Source: a virus
Taxonomy: Duplodnaviria; Caudoviricetes
Direction: 5' to 3' (one strand)
Virus record (IMG/VR): IMGVR_UViG_3300032243_000867
Coordinates: 128,001-192,000 of that record
Length of the DNA stretch: 64,000 nucleotides
The notes below the pieces were generated by a model, which had not been told where the DNA came from, did not search any database, and saw only the letters and a program-made list of their open reading frames with translations. Shown here piece after piece: positions 53,357-61,466 of this stretch. The position numbers and the translations under genes were made by a program. The first letter of the stretch is position 1, and each line of letters opens with the position of its first letter.

Positions 53357-53829
53357 AGGGCATCGTCACCGCCAAGCTCCCCGACCTCCGGTGGGGTGAG
53401 CCTACCATCGCGCGGGTGATCCCCACGGAGACGGGTGGCCCGTGGGGCGCTTTGCACTTCCTCGTCGGGACGGATTGGGAGCCGCTGTTCTCGGTGATCC
53501 CGAAGCTGGTGCTCGACCAAGCCCTGCGCGGCCACGCCACCCCGTTGATGAAGGTGCTAGGACCACCCCCCAAGGCGCTGGTCAAGAGACTCCCCGTGGT
53601 GGAGACACCCTGCGCCCAGCGACGCTCGTGCCTCAACGCCACCCCGAACTGCGTGCCGGGACCGAAGCTCCCCGACTGCTGGGAGCCCACCACGTTCACG
53701 GGCGAGGAGGCGACCCTCGTCAACCTTGTCGTGCGCTACTGGCGGGACGGCGTGGTGGTCGTGGTCGAGGAGCCCGACGCCTCACCGAAATCGGTGAAGT
53801 CAGCCACGCCGCCCTCGCCAACGCGGTAG
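53353..53829 (+). CDS. Hypothetical protein; probably continues to 53951 past a 1-nt indel
   Basis: ATGA-coupled start; Cys cluster CAQRRSC...C...CW; codon bias switches frame near 53780. Confidence 0.55.
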   Translation: MKGIVTAKLPDLRWGEPTIARVIPTETGGPWGALHFLVGTDWEPLFSVIPKLVLDQALRGHATPLMKVLGPPPKALVKRLPVVETPCAQRRSCLNATPNCVPGPKLPDCWEPTTFTGEEATLVNLVVRYWRDGVVVVVEEPDASPKSVKSATPPSPTR

Positions 53830-53972
53830 GCATCGGCGTCGCGCCAATCGGCCTCGAAACGGTCGCGATGCGCGAGACGGTAGACCGGGGCGGGAAGTAC
53901 ACCTGTGAGGTGACGGCGCACCCGCTCAACGGCGGCACGGAGAAGGTATGACCCCGGATCAAGAGGTTGTTT

Positions 53973-54443
53973 ATGAAGTCGTTTCATGAAGTTCTGGCCC
54001 CGCTGCTGGTGGGGTTCACGGTCACGAAGGTCGAGGCGGGCGAAGGGCGCGAAGGGGACCCCGCCCGTATCACCTGCCGCAAGGGCGACACCCTTCGCAC
54101 GTTCGAGGTGTGGGGCGGCATCAACGGCCCGTGTGTGAGTCACGTCAAAGAGTCCCGTGCCGGGGCACCCGAGGCGTGGACCGACGTAGAGGGGATGTTC
54201 ACGGACATCACCGATCACGTCGTCTACGCGGCCCCCGACACGGTGATCGAGGCCGTGGACGACCCGCGCACCTTGCGCTTTGGGTTCCGTTGCCGGGAGA
54301 CGGGCGCGGAGTGGTGGGTGAAGCTCGCCACCGTGAAGGCGTCCCGTTGGTCGCCCCGGTTCGCCACCGTTGCGGGGCGCGCGGAGCTCGCCCAGTGCCT
54401 CACCAACGTCGGGCACGGGCTGTACGCCTTCGACACGAAGTGA
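53973..54443 (+). CDS. Hypothetical protein
   Basis: ORF 53967..54443 with typical codon bias. Confidence 0.6.
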   Translation: MKSFHEVLAPLLVGFTVTKVEAGEGREGDPARITCRKGDTLRTFEVWGGINGPCVSHVKESRAGAPEAWTDVEGMFTDITDHVVYAAPDTVIEAVDDPRTLRFGFRCRETGAEWWVKLATVKASRWSPRFATVAGRAELAQCLTNVGHGLYAFDTK

Positions 54444-54458
54444 CGGGGGACACTCTCC

Positions 54459-54471
54459 CGGGCGTAACGTC
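54459..54471 (+). promoter_or_regulatory. Class A motif CGGGCGTAACGTC upstream of polA
   Basis: Identical to 46815-46827. Confidence 0.6.
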
Positions 54472-54473
54472 CC

Positions 54474-57137
54474 GTGATGGACCTGTTCACCTTTCTCGAA
54501 GACACGAACACCCTCAAAGTAGAGCCCAAGTCGTGGATGACGGGGGGTGATTACACCCTCGCCCGGGCTACGAACGAGACCCTTCCCGGCATCATCGACG
54601 CTTGCATCGCGGGCGGGCGGTACGCCCTCGACCTCGAAACCACCGGGCTGAACTCCTGCGTCTACGACGGTGAGACGGTGTCGAAGATCGTCGGGTGCTG
54701 CCTGTCCCCCGACGGAAAACGCGGCTACTACATCCCGCTACGTCACCGCACGGGCACCGAGCACAACGTGTCGTGGTCGCTGTGGAAGCGGGAGATGGCG
54801 CGGTTGATCGCCAGCCCTGCCGTGGCCGTGTTCCACAACGGCAAGTTCGACCAAGAGTTCCTCCAGAACTGCGGCGGCGAGCCGCTGGGCGAGTGGGACG
54901 ACCCGAAGAAGTGGGACGACACACTCATCCTCGCGTACCTGCGGGACACCCGGTCGAAGTCGAAGGGGCTGAAGCATCTCTCGAAGACCGAACTCGGCAT
55001 GGAGATGATCGAGCTCGATGAGCTTTTCCCCGAGGACAAGCGCAAGAACGGTCTGGACTTCTCGGAGCTCGACCCGTCTTGGGAGCCCGTGACGTGGTAC
55101 GGGGCCAGCGATGCCATCTGCACATGGAACCTCTACCAGAGGCTCGCCCCCGAGGTGCTCCAGCCCAAAGAGGGGAAGGGGCAGACGCTCGTCTATGCCA
55201 TCGAGAAGCTCTGCGTGCCCTCCACCCGGTGGATGGAGAGGGCGCGGATTCTTACCGACCAAGGGAAGGCGCGGGAGCTCATCCGTATCGGTCAGCGTGA
55301 GTGGATCGCGGCGCTGGAGGAGGTGTACGAGAGCTCGTCTGCCCTCATAGGGCGGGACATTCGCCCCGGCTACTATCGCATTTTGCGCGGGAGCGCCCCC
55401 GGCCATGAGGCTCTTAAGTTCGACCCCGAGGTGGTGACGCCTAGTTACTCCGACCGCATCGACGTGGCGCGGGCCGCTGCCACCAAGGGCAAGCTCGACC
55501 CTTTGAAGGAGAAGGGGAAGGTAGCCACGATCACCAAGCGGGTGCCCTCCATCGTCAACAAGGGCCAGACGGAGGACGTGGATTTCCCGCTCGTGTACGA
55601 CGTTCTGTCCGCGCAGCAGCTAGGCGGGCTACTCCGCGAGTGCAAGGTTCCGGGGCTCAAGGCCACGGAGAAGTCTGGGCAGGTGGACACCAGCAAGGAC
55701 ACGCTGGAAGAAGTTCTTGAGAGCGCGGGCGATAGGTTCCCGTTCGCGGGCAAGATCAAGCGGTTCCGCGAAGTTTCCAAGGCCCTGTCTACCTACCTCC
55801 TGCCCATCATCGAAGACGCTCACGCGGACGGGTCCCTCCGCGCGTACTTCAACGCCTTCAGCATCGAAACGGGACGGTTCAACGCTCCGTCGAGCAAAGA
55901 CCCCAAGGTGGACGGCGGGACGCGCTTTCCGTTTCACGGGACGCCCGCTACCTACGACCCGAACCGCCCGGAGTGCCTGGGGCGGGTGCGCGAGTGCATC
56001 ATCTCCCGACCGGGAAAGGTTATCACGGCCATCGACTTCAGCGGCGTGGAGCTTCGCATCGTGACGAACCTGTCGGGCGAGCCGAAGTGGCTGAGGGAGT
56101 TCTTTCACTGCTCGGGATGCGACCGAATGTTCCAGCAACCCACGGCGGATGCCCCCATTCCCGTGGCCCCGCCCCCGTACTGCCCCGACTGCGGAAGCGA
56201 CAAGATCGGGGACCTGCACACCCTCACGGGCATCTCTGTGTACGGGGAGGACGCCCCGAAGCGGGAGAACTGGAAACAGCTTCGCGGCTTCGCCAAGGGG
56301 TGCAACTTCGCCCTGTGTTACGGCGGCGGGGGTAACGCCGTTGTGACCAGCATCGGATGCGACAAGAACGAAGGGTGGCGCATCAAGGAACAGTTCGACA
56401 AGACCTACAAGACTCTCTCTGGGTGGTGGAAGCTTCAGCACCTGTATGCCAAGAAGCACAAGTACGTGACCACGGCTTTCGGGCGGCGGTACCCCTTGCC
56501 CGACATCGACCACGAACTCGGCGGGTTCCGGTCGAAGGCAGAGCGCAACGCGGTGAACGGCCCGGTGCAGGGCACGTCGGCGGACATCACGAAGATCGCG
56601 ATGGGGCTCGCCTACAAAGAGTGCAAGAAGAGGGGTTGGCTTGAGAAGGTCCATATGCTGATCACCATGCACGACGAACTCGTGTTCGAGATCGACAAGG
56701 ACATTCTGGAGGAGGCCATCGACCTGTTTGTGTGGCTGATGTGCCGCAACGACATCCTCCTTCGTCTGGGCTGGGCCGTCCCCCTCACGTCCGACGTGGA
56801 GATGGGGCCAGACTGGACGGTGCCGTGGGACCTCAAGAAGATTCGCAAGAAGGGCGAGTGCCCGCCCGAGCTCGACGGGTGCTTCAAGGGCATCGGGCCG
56901 AAGGTAGAGAAGCCCAAGGGTGACGCGCAACCCACCGAAAAGAAACGGGAAATCCTCACCCTCACCCATAAGGTAAAAGGCTTTATGTTAGGCGAGGTAG
57001 AGACTCTGGCGCGGCTGATTCACAGCGGCAAGCTCTCCCCGTCCGCGAAGCTGAAGGTGGAGGGGCCGAACGGCGAAGACCTCACCGGGGCGTTGTCCAC
57101 GGTGTGGGGCGGGAAGGTACCGATGGTGCAGGGATGA
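54474..57137 (+). CDS. polA: Family A DNA polymerase with 3'-5' exonuclease
   Basis: ExoI ALDLETTG, ExoII FHNGKFD, ExoIII YGASDA, TGRF, motif A IDFSGVELR, motif B RGFAKGCNFALCYGGG, motif C MHDELVFE. Confidence 0.95.
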   Translation: MMDLFTFLEDTNTLKVEPKSWMTGGDYTLARATNETLPGIIDACIAGGRYALDLETTGLNSCVYDGETVSKIVGCCLSPDGKRGYYIPLRHRTGTEHNVSWSLWKREMARLIASPAVAVFHNGKFDQEFLQNCGGEPLGEWDDPKKWDDTLILAYLRDTRSKSKGLKHLSKTELGMEMIELDELFPEDKRKNGLDFSELDPSWEPVTWYGASDAICTWNLYQRLAPEVLQPKEGKGQTLVYAIEKLCVPSTRWMERARILTDQGKARELIRIGQREWIAALEEVYESSSALIGRDIRPGYYRILRGSAPGHEALKFDPEVVTPSYSDRIDVARAAATKGKLDPLKEKGKVATITKRVPSIVNKGQTEDVDFPLVYDVLSAQQLGGLLRECKVPGLKATEKSGQVDTSKDTLEEVLESAGDRFPFAGKIKRFREVSKALSTYLLPIIEDAHADGSLRAYFNAFSIETGRFNAPSSKDPKVDGGTRFPFHGTPATYDPNRPECLGRVRECIISRPGKVITAIDFSGVELRIVTNLSGEPKWLREFFHCSGCDRMFQQPTADAPIPVAPPPYCPDCGSDKIGDLHTLTGISVYGEDAPKRENWKQLRGFAKGCNFALCYGGGGNAVVTSIGCDKNEGWRIKEQFDKTYKTLSGWWKLQHLYAKKHKYVTTAFGRRYPLPDIDHELGGFRSKAERNAVNGPVQGTSADITKIAMGLAYKECKKRGWLEKVHMLITMHDELVFEIDKDILEEAIDLFVWLMCRNDILLRLGWAVPLTSDVEMGPDWTVPWDLKKIRKKGECPPELDGCFKGIGPKVEKPKGDAQPTEKKREILTLTHKVKGFMLGEVETLARLIHSGKLSPSAKLKVEGPNGEDLTGALSTVWGGKVPMVQG

Positions 57138-57472
57138 GTGACGAGATTCTGGAGCGGCTCTCGGAAGCGGAGCGGAAGACGGATAACCTGGTAGACGTAT
57201 GCGCCGCCGTTGCAGACGACACGCTGCGTATGTGCTTCGTACTGGACGAGCTTCACCGGGCGGGCGCTATTCCAGAGCTTCCCTGGAAAACGGCGACGGT
57301 TCTGGTCGAGCTCCACCACGCGATGCTCGCGGCGAACGATGGGATGGAGGACGGTGCGGGAACCCCGGCCTCTCAGCGCGTAGAGGAACTCCGAAAAGAG
57401 ATTCTGGAGCTGCGGAGAGCCTATGCGGCTTCGGTGAAAGGAGAAAACTTTGAAGCCCGACCTGCTGAATGA
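57134..57472 (+). CDS. Hypothetical helical protein
   Basis: ATGA-coupled to the polymerase stop. Confidence 0.55.
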   Translation: MSDEILERLSEAERKTDNLVDVCAAVADDTLRMCFVLDELHRAGAIPELPWKTATVLVELHHAMLAANDGMEDGAGTPASQRVEELRKEILELRRAYAASVKGENFEARPAE

Positions 57473-58103
57473 GTGTAACGATCAAAAGATCCCCCCGCGC
57501 GAGTTCAAGGAGACGTTCTGCAAGCGTTGCCGGAACCAGAACTGCGCGAACGCCGGGTGGGCGAGTTCTTCGTTCGACGAGCGGGTCCGCACACAGGTAG
57601 ACAGGCTTCTCATCAACCCTCTGCAAGCGCGCCCCGAAGACACGCGCTTCGACCCCCTCCGGGCGATGCACTTCGTTGAGGTGTCCGCAGCCGTCTCCCT
57701 CGCCCGACGCGCGGACCCTTGGGCGGGTCCGGGGGTTCACCTCTCGGAGCCCGACCCCGAGACGGCGAAGTCCTTGGTGGTCGAGGAAGCCGTCTCGCGG
57801 CTGGCGGAGGCGCGTGGAAAGAAGCCCCCCGCCCCTACGATCATCGCCGTCGAAACCGAGACTTCCCCAGCCCCAGACCCGGTTCCCGCGAGGGAGCCCG
57901 AACCGCCGCCCGCACCCCGACCCCCTCTCGCGAACCCGAGGCCCCCAGCGACGATCAACACGGAGTTCCCGGACGAGGGGGTGATGATCGGAGGGGGTCC
58001 GCCTCCCGCGAATCAGTCCCCGGTGAGGGACGAAGACGCATGGGCACCGAAACCGAAACAGACCGTCGTCCCCCGCGGGGCGAAGATCAGGATGGGAGAA
58101 TGA
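57450..58103 (+). CDS. Hypothetical protein with Cys cluster and Pro-rich tail
   Basis: TTG start after AGGAG; C...FCKRCRNQNC; C-terminal VVPRGAKIRMG. Confidence 0.6.
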   Translation: MKPDLLNECNDQKIPPREFKETFCKRCRNQNCANAGWASSSFDERVRTQVDRLLINPLQARPEDTRFDPLRAMHFVEVSAAVSLARRADPWAGPGVHLSEPDPETAKSLVVEEAVSRLAEARGKKPPAPTIIAVETETSPAPDPVPAREPEPPPAPRPPLANPRPPATINTEFPDEGVMIGGGPPPANQSPVRDEDAWAPKPKQTVVPRGAKIRMGE

Positions 58104-58411
58104 ACCACATGAACAGAATCCTCAAGCAAGCCTGCGAGCGCGGGACCCGCGCCGTGATTCTCATTCCCGAAGCCGCCTACGAAGAAGCCCTGAAGTTCTT
58201 CGCTTGCAAGTTCGAGAAAAACGCTGGGCGTACCGCCCGGATGCCGGGGGGAAACCTTCTGACGGTTATCACGCCCCAGACCTCGGCAGACGAGATTCCG
58301 GGGGAGTTCGATCTGTACCTGTCGGGATGGGGGAAGGCAACGCCGAAGGACGAGCGGGAAGTATCGAAGTGGATGTCCCGCGCCCGAGGGGTTTACACGG
58401 AAATCAGTTGA
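58100..58411 (+). CDS. Hypothetical protein
   Basis: ATGA-coupled start; 3' part of track ORF 57719..58411. Confidence 0.55.
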   Translation: MNHMNRILKQACERGTRAVILIPEAAYEEALKFFACKFEKNAGRTARMPGGNLLTVITPQTSADEIPGEFDLYLSGWGKATPKDEREVSKWMSRARGVYTEIS

Positions 58412-58634
58412 CGGAAGCCGACAGGGACTTCTCGAACAGACTCTTGCACGCCTCGTCCTCTAGGACGAACTTCAAGTAATGGACGAGATGGAGGGACCGA
58501 AGGTAATCCTCGCTGTTTTCTTCCTCAGAGGCGATGAGGAACTCCACCTCACCGTCCGAACGTATCACCATCGACACGTCTCCCTCGAATAGCTCCAGAT
58601 TCCCCATGTCCACGGGATCTTCCTCTTCTGACAT
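58404..58634 (-). CDS. Small acidic hypothetical protein
   Basis: 76-aa ORF filling a gap between + strand genes; CCTATC 18 nt upstream on the minus strand. Confidence 0.55.
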   Translation of the reverse strand: MSEEEDPVDMGNLELFEGDVSMVIRSDGEVEFLIASEEENSEDYLRSLHLVHYLKFVLEDEACKSLFEKSLSASVN

Positions 58635-58664
58635 ACCCTAGATGGCCGATAGGTAACGTAGTGC

Positions 58665-58988
58665 ATGGCCGGTAACTGGTGGTACGACAACCAAGGTCGC
58701 AACAACCTCGCGGGGGTACCCGGTAGCCCTACCAACCCTGCGATCCTCCCCGATCACGTCATCGTGGATTTGCTCATCAACGTCCCCATCGCGAAAAGGG
58801 ACTTCCAGGCTCTCGTTCCCACGATGCTCCCCGAGGAACAGGTGCGTCTGAACGACTTGGTGGCGCTGAACCCGATCACCCTCCAGCCGTTTCCCTTCAA
58901 CGACCAGCAGATCGACGACCGCTTCATGGCGTCCCAGAACCGCCCGGGGATTCACGACCCGAACAACCGCAGGAAGAAGCAATGGTGA
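58665..58988 (+). CDS. Hypothetical protein
   Basis: 107-aa ORF divergent from 58634. Confidence 0.55.
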   Translation: MAGNWWYDNQGRNNLAGVPGSPTNPAILPDHVIVDLLINVPIAKRDFQALVPTMLPEEQVRLNDLVALNPITLQPFPFNDQQIDDRFMASQNRPGIHDPNNRRKKQW

Positions 58989-59347
58989 GGCGCTTCCTTC
59001 TCGCGGTAGCCTTGGCGGGGTGTTCCGGCACCGTGCTACGGGACCGGGACACCTATCTCACCGAGGTGACCTTCGCTGACCGTCTGTTGCGGGAGGGGGC
59101 ACCCGCTACGCGGGACATCGTCGTACATCGTTGCACCTGCGCGAACGGAGTTTGGCGGTCCAACAGCCCGTGGGCGACGGACCTCCTATGCCAAGGCTAC
59201 GCGGATTGGTGGGCGGTGTACTCCGCGCGGTGGACGTGGCATCGAGACATGATGCTGTACAACGGGCGATTGCTGGAAACCCGCCCGCCCTCAACCCCTG
59301 TGCTTCCCCCGAGAAGCTGCGAGCTACCCGATGCCCGACCCGAGTGA
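58982..59347 (+). CDS. Putative lipoprotein
   Basis: MVRRFLLAVALAGC signal peptide with LAGC lipobox. Confidence 0.65.
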   Translation: MVRRFLLAVALAGCSGTVLRDRDTYLTEVTFADRLLREGAPATRDIVVHRCTCANGVWRSNSPWATDLLCQGYADWWAVYSARWTWHRDMMLYNGRLLETRPPSTPVLPPRSCELPDARPE

Positions 59348-59696
59348 TCGTGCCCTCGTTCCGTTGCTGTCCCTTCGTGACCAGTTTCCCGGCGGGTGGG
59401 AGCGTTCCCTCGTGGAAATCTCCATGCGCGCCTTGCGCGACCGAGGGGTGGAGGGGGTGAGGGTTCTTCAGACTCTCGTCGATTCGACCCGCACCGGGCA
59501 CATGGACACGGCACAGTTGGTTGAGGCGGTAGGTCGCACGTTGCCCCTGCGGGACGCGAGCGACTTCTTGGCGATCCTCCAGAACGCCGAGGCGGACCGT
59601 CTAGACCGCGCGAGGGACCTACTGCGGCGGGCGCTCGCCCTCGCAACGGTGGCGGCAGGGGAACTTCTGAGGGTCGCGTTGGGAGGCAAGCTGTGA
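59331..59696 (+). CDS. Hypothetical helical protein
   Basis: 121-aa ORF overlapping both neighbours; hydrophobic C-terminus. Confidence 0.5.
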   Translation: MPDPSDRALVPLLSLRDQFPGGWERSLVEISMRALRDRGVEGVRVLQTLVDSTRTGHMDTAQLVEAVGRTLPLRDASDFLAILQNAEADRLDRARDLLRRALALATVAAGELLRVALGGKL

Positions 59697-60088
59697 AGGG
59701 CACCGTACGGCGTTACCTACCGGAAAAGCGGTACGGCTTCATTCTATCGGGCGACGTGGAGGTGTTCTTTCACCTGTCGGTGTTTTCCGGCCCGACCACT
59801 GTTCCCCCGCTCACGGGCGAAGAGGTCGAGTACGAACTAGAGGAGGGCACCCGCGCCAGCACCGTCGTTCGTTGCGAAGCCCCCCTGCACCTTGAGGGCG
59901 CGGTGTCCTCGTACGACCCGGTGCGCGGGTACGGGTTCATCACCACCGACCGTGGGGGCTACTACCTTCACAAGTCCGAAGTGGTCGGGGGGGGAGTTCC
60001 AGCCGTAGGGTCTGGGGTTCACTTCTACACGACCGGAGGTTCCGCGTCGGGGAAGAAACCACGGGCCTGTTACGTGACGGTGTTCTGA
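59693..60088 (+). CDS. Tandem cold-shock-domain (OB-fold) protein
   Basis: KGTVRRY...RYGFI...VFFHLS and GAVSSY...GYGFI...YYLHKS (RNP1/RNP2 twice). Confidence 0.85.
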   Translation: MKGTVRRYLPEKRYGFILSGDVEVFFHLSVFSGPTTVPPLTGEEVEYELEEGTRASTVVRCEAPLHLEGAVSSYDPVRGYGFITTDRGGYYLHKSEVVGGGVPAVGSGVHFYTTGGSASGKKPRACYVTVF

Positions 60089-60651
60089 TGAGCGAGAGAA
60101 ACCCCTTCGGCGGCAAAAATTCCCATAGCCTGTACGTCCCGATGTCGGAGACGGAACAAGAGTTCGTCTCCCGCCTTGTCGAGACGGGTGACCTGATCGT
60201 GAAGGTACACGGGTGGGGCGTCGTGCCGAACCCGTCGGTCACCCTGGGGGATCTCCAGGTCATCATCCCCCTCACGCTGAAGTTCGACCGCCCAGAAGTA
60301 CCCATCCCCGTCCCCTACTTCGACCTGGAGCTCCTGACCGGGTCGGGCATCTCTCTGTACCGGGAGAAACAGCCCTGCGAGTACGGGGGACAACCCCTAT
60401 CTGTGGGAAGCGGGACGGTGATTCAGATGATCTGGCATATCGGCATCCGAGCGATGGACCCGAACCTAGTCAAGATGATGATGCCGGGGACGGTGGGTCT
60501 CACCTCCCGGCGCTTCGACAAGGACACGGGAGCTCTCACTCTCACCGGGAACATGGACCTCGACGCCTCCCAGAAGCGCCTGATCGAGCTCGTGACCGCG
60601 GGCGAGAACAACGTCCGCGCCGAACGCGACGCCAAAGTGGGGTCGCGTTAG
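60088..60651 (+). CDS. Hypothetical protein
   Basis: 187-aa ORF, TGATG coupling to the CSD gene. Confidence 0.6.
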   Translation: MSERNPFGGKNSHSLYVPMSETEQEFVSRLVETGDLIVKVHGWGVVPNPSVTLGDLQVIIPLTLKFDRPEVPIPVPYFDLELLTGSGISLYREKQPCEYGGQPLSVGSGTVIQMIWHIGIRAMDPNLVKMMMPGTVGLTSRRFDKDTGALTLTGNMDLDASQKRLIELVTAGENNVRAERDAKVGSR

Positions 60652-60674
60652 CGATTCTATACCTTCGCGGGGGC

Positions 60675-61466
60675 ATGGACAGTCTGACCAGCCGCATCGC
60701 CCGCAAACACCTCGCCGCCAAGGCCCCTATCGGACCGATGACCTCCTACGAGGATTGGCTCGATAACAATCCCGAGTTCGCGAAGGCTTCGACGGTCGCG
60801 CCCTTCCTGATGCGGAAGCTGGTGATGGAACTGAAGCTTCGGGCGATGCCCGCTTCGTTGCGGTTCTTTCAGCTCGTGGATCAGGTCCATCATATGTCCC
60901 TCGGGGCTCCCGTTGAGGACTTGTCTCAGGAGTTCCGGGCGGCAGCGAAGTACCTGTCGCAAGCCGTGATCCGAACCCTCGGAGATGAGAAGGGTGCGGC
61001 CCTCGCGAACAGCATCACGGACTGTGCCGTGGACAACGCCGCAAACCTCCGCCGTATCGGGGCGGGGGCGAAGGGCGTGGTGTTCACGAACTTCGGCGTG
61101 TCCGTCGCGGAGGTTCTCCAGAGTCTATCCCGCGAGGCGGGGCTCTCCGCCGGGTATCAGGTCAAGACCATCGAGGGGACCCGGTGGCCTCTGATCCGTA
61201 TTCTCTCGAAGGACGAGAAGGGGCTCCGCGACCTTCAGGAGAACAACCCCGATCTCTACACCGAGCTTGTCGGGAACATCGAGCAAGCGGGCAAGTTCCA
61301 ATACGAGGTGGAGAAATCCATCATCGAGAAGGGGCTGGTCCCGACGACGGTGATGAGCGACGGCGTGCCCTCCCGGCCAGTGAGGATTACGTCACCAAGG
61401 AGAAGACCGTCTACACCCCGGACGGGCGCGTGCTCGGCGAAAAAGAGTTTCTCCGGGATCGCATGA
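60675..61466 (+). CDS. N-terminal part of a large protein starting MDSLTSRIARKHL; probably continuous with the downstream SNF2 ORF
   Basis: ATG 60675 with CTAT motif 18 nt upstream; codon bias leaves this frame at ~61372. Confidence 0.6.
   Translation: MDSLTSRIARKHLAAKAPIGPMTSYEDWLDNNPEFAKASTVAPFLMRKLVMELKLRAMPASLRFFQLVDQVHHMSLGAPVEDLSQEFRAAAKYLSQAVIRTLGDEKGAALANSITDCAVDNAANLRRIGAGAKGVVFTNFGVSVAEVLQSLSREAGLSAGYQVKTIEGTRWPLIRILSKDEKGLRDLQENNPDLYTELVGNIEQAGKFQYEVEKSIIEKGLVPTTVMSDGVPSRPVRITSPRRRPSTPRTGACSAKKSFSGIA

Noticed and set aside
60213-60674. N-terminal extension of ORF 60213..61466
   Set aside because: Overlaps ORF 60088..60651 out of frame; ATG 60675 has the upstream motif and biased codons
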